Shown: in pieces, positions 38,830-39,928 of the stretch
Numbering within the stretch: the first letter of the stretch is position 1
Layout: each line of letters starts with the position of its first letter
Assembly: GCA_900550735.1 (NCBI GenBank)
Contig: URTD01000001.1
Coordinates: forward strand, 1 to 39,928
Direction: 5' to 3'
Source: an uncultured Collinsella sp.
GTDB lineage: Bacteria; Actinomycetota; Coriobacteriia; Coriobacteriales; Coriobacteriaceae
Length of the DNA stretch: 39,928 bases
Program-made: the position numbers and the translations under genes
The notes under the pieces: model-generated
What the model was told of the DNA's origin: nothing
The model's database searches: none
The model's input: the letters and a program-made list of their open reading frames with translations, nothing else

Positions 38830-39420
38830 ATGAGGAATATGGCCATTGATGTCGATTCTCTTTTGGCCGTATTGGAAGACCCGGCGCCGGAAGAATGCTG
38901 GGTCAAAGCCGAGCCTAAAAAGGGCGATCATATCCGCGTGCGGCGCATCGGCGGCTTATATTACCATCACGGTATCTATGTCAGTGACGACGAGGTCATT
39001 TCTTTTGCCGGCGACGACGATTATAATCCCGTCGACTGGTGGGATACGGAGATACAGGCCACGTCGTTTGAGCAGTTTCGCCAGGGTGGTGAAATCGAAG
39101 TTCGTCAGTATACGGAAAAGGAACGGGAAAGCCTCTGTGACGTCGACGATACGATCGCCTTTGCCCGGGCTTGTTTGGGCAACAAGGACTATGACTTGTT
39201 GTTCCATAATTGTGAACACTTTGCTAATGCTTGTAAGCTCGGCGTCTACCGCAGCCAGCAGACGGAGAACCTCCTCTTGGGCGATGCCTTGACCAAAGCA
39301 ATCCAGTGCCTGTGGGATGAAGAGGCCCGCCGGCAGTGGTTTACGGAGGCCTGGCAGGATCTGAAGGCTCAGGTAGAGGATAAATTGCGCCGGGACAAGG
39401 AAGAGGAAGAAAATCAATAG
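38830..39420 (+). CDS. LRAT (lecithin-retinol acyltransferase)-like permuted NlpC/P60 protein
   Basis: GDHI...YYHHGIYV and YDLLFHNCEHFA...SQQ motifs; start 38830 or 38839. Confidence 0.85.
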   Translation: MRNMAIDVDSLLAVLEDPAPEECWVKAEPKKGDHIRVRRIGGLYYHHGIYVSDDEVISFAGDDDYNPVDWWDTEIQATSFEQFRQGGEIEVRQYTEKERESLCDVDDTIAFARACLGNKDYDLLFHNCEHFANACKLGVYRSQQTENLLLGDALTKAIQCLWDEEARRQWFTEAWQDLKAQVEDKLRRDKEEEENQ

Positions 39421-39928
39421 ATCGTCTGCTCGTCGATTTGGCGGAATAAGGGTTCGTAACGCTTGGCATCCCTTTTCAGGCAGACCAGGTAATAGTCGGT
39501 TTGGCATTCTTCGTCGACGATGGGCACATTGATGCGCCCCGGCATGTCCTCGCCGCGGTGCATGAAGTAGCTCGAGGAAAAGCAGGGATAGTCGGAATTT
39601 TGGGCCAGCTCCAGGAAGGACTCGCGCTGGACCTGCAGGAGGTAACGGGTGTTCGGCGTCTTGTCTTTGGTCATCTGCATCCAAAAGCCGATGTGCGATA
39701 AGAGCAGGATGGGCCGGCCGTCCAGATCTTTGAGGTGGATTTCCGGGTAAAAGGCCAGGGAATCGGATGGCGGGATGGAGAGAAACAGTTTTTCACTGCC
39801 GCATTTTTTGACGAATAAATCGTCGCCGTCGGGAATCGTATGGGTGACGGCCAGTTGGTAGATGTTGTTTCTCAGGCCTTCGGTAAAGGAGGCGTCGTCT
39901 TTCATGTCGGCCGAGATCGTCTTGCCTT
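39414..39928 (-). CDS. Probable LysR-type regulator, C-terminal part (5' end outside the window)
   Basis: Frame stays open to the window edge; EKLFLSIP...IHLKDLDG resembles the LysR substrate-binding domain; no HTH visible. Confidence 0.6.
   Translation of the reverse strand, partial: GKTISADMKDDASFTEGLRNNIYQLAVTHTIPDGDDLFVKKCGSEKLFLSIPPSDSLAFYPEIHLKDLDGRPILLLSHIGFWMQMTKDKTPNTRYLLQVQRESFLELAQNSDYPCFSSSYFMHRGEDMPGRINVPIVDEECQTDYYLVCLKRDAKRYEPLFRQIDEQTIY

Overview
High-GC bacterial chromosome segment. Gene content and style suggest Coriobacteriia, Collinsella-like (inference). Most genes are on the minus strand. The left half is the conserved prfA-prmC-tsaC-glpK-upp-atpIBEFHAGDC-murA-LCP region. 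It is interrupted by a HigBA/RelE-type toxin-antitoxin pair whose toxin carries a 1-nt frameshift, and by a ~600-bp repeat-filled prfA-prmC spacer. The middle holds an IS1595-like remnant and an ~2,790-aa sortase-anchored (LPYTG) adhesin. That adhesin has a fibro-slime/PA14-like head, tandem pilin-like repeats, an apparently identical 518-bp internal duplication and a G9 tract in its leader. The right half has an amino-acid ABC transporter with an M20 amidohydrolase, an aldose-1-epimerase, an MFS transporter, a GH4/PTS-IICB/RpiR sugar locus and an LMW-PTP. It ends in a compositionally different tail (LRAT-domain gene plus a truncated LysR-like gene). The most notable non-coding signal is a dispersed structured element: two gap-free collinear copies with compensatory base-pair changes, each starting at the base after a TAA stop codon. 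Two families of REP-like palindromes are also present. No CRISPR array, rRNA or tRNA was recognised. All calls come from reading the sequence; no database searches were run.
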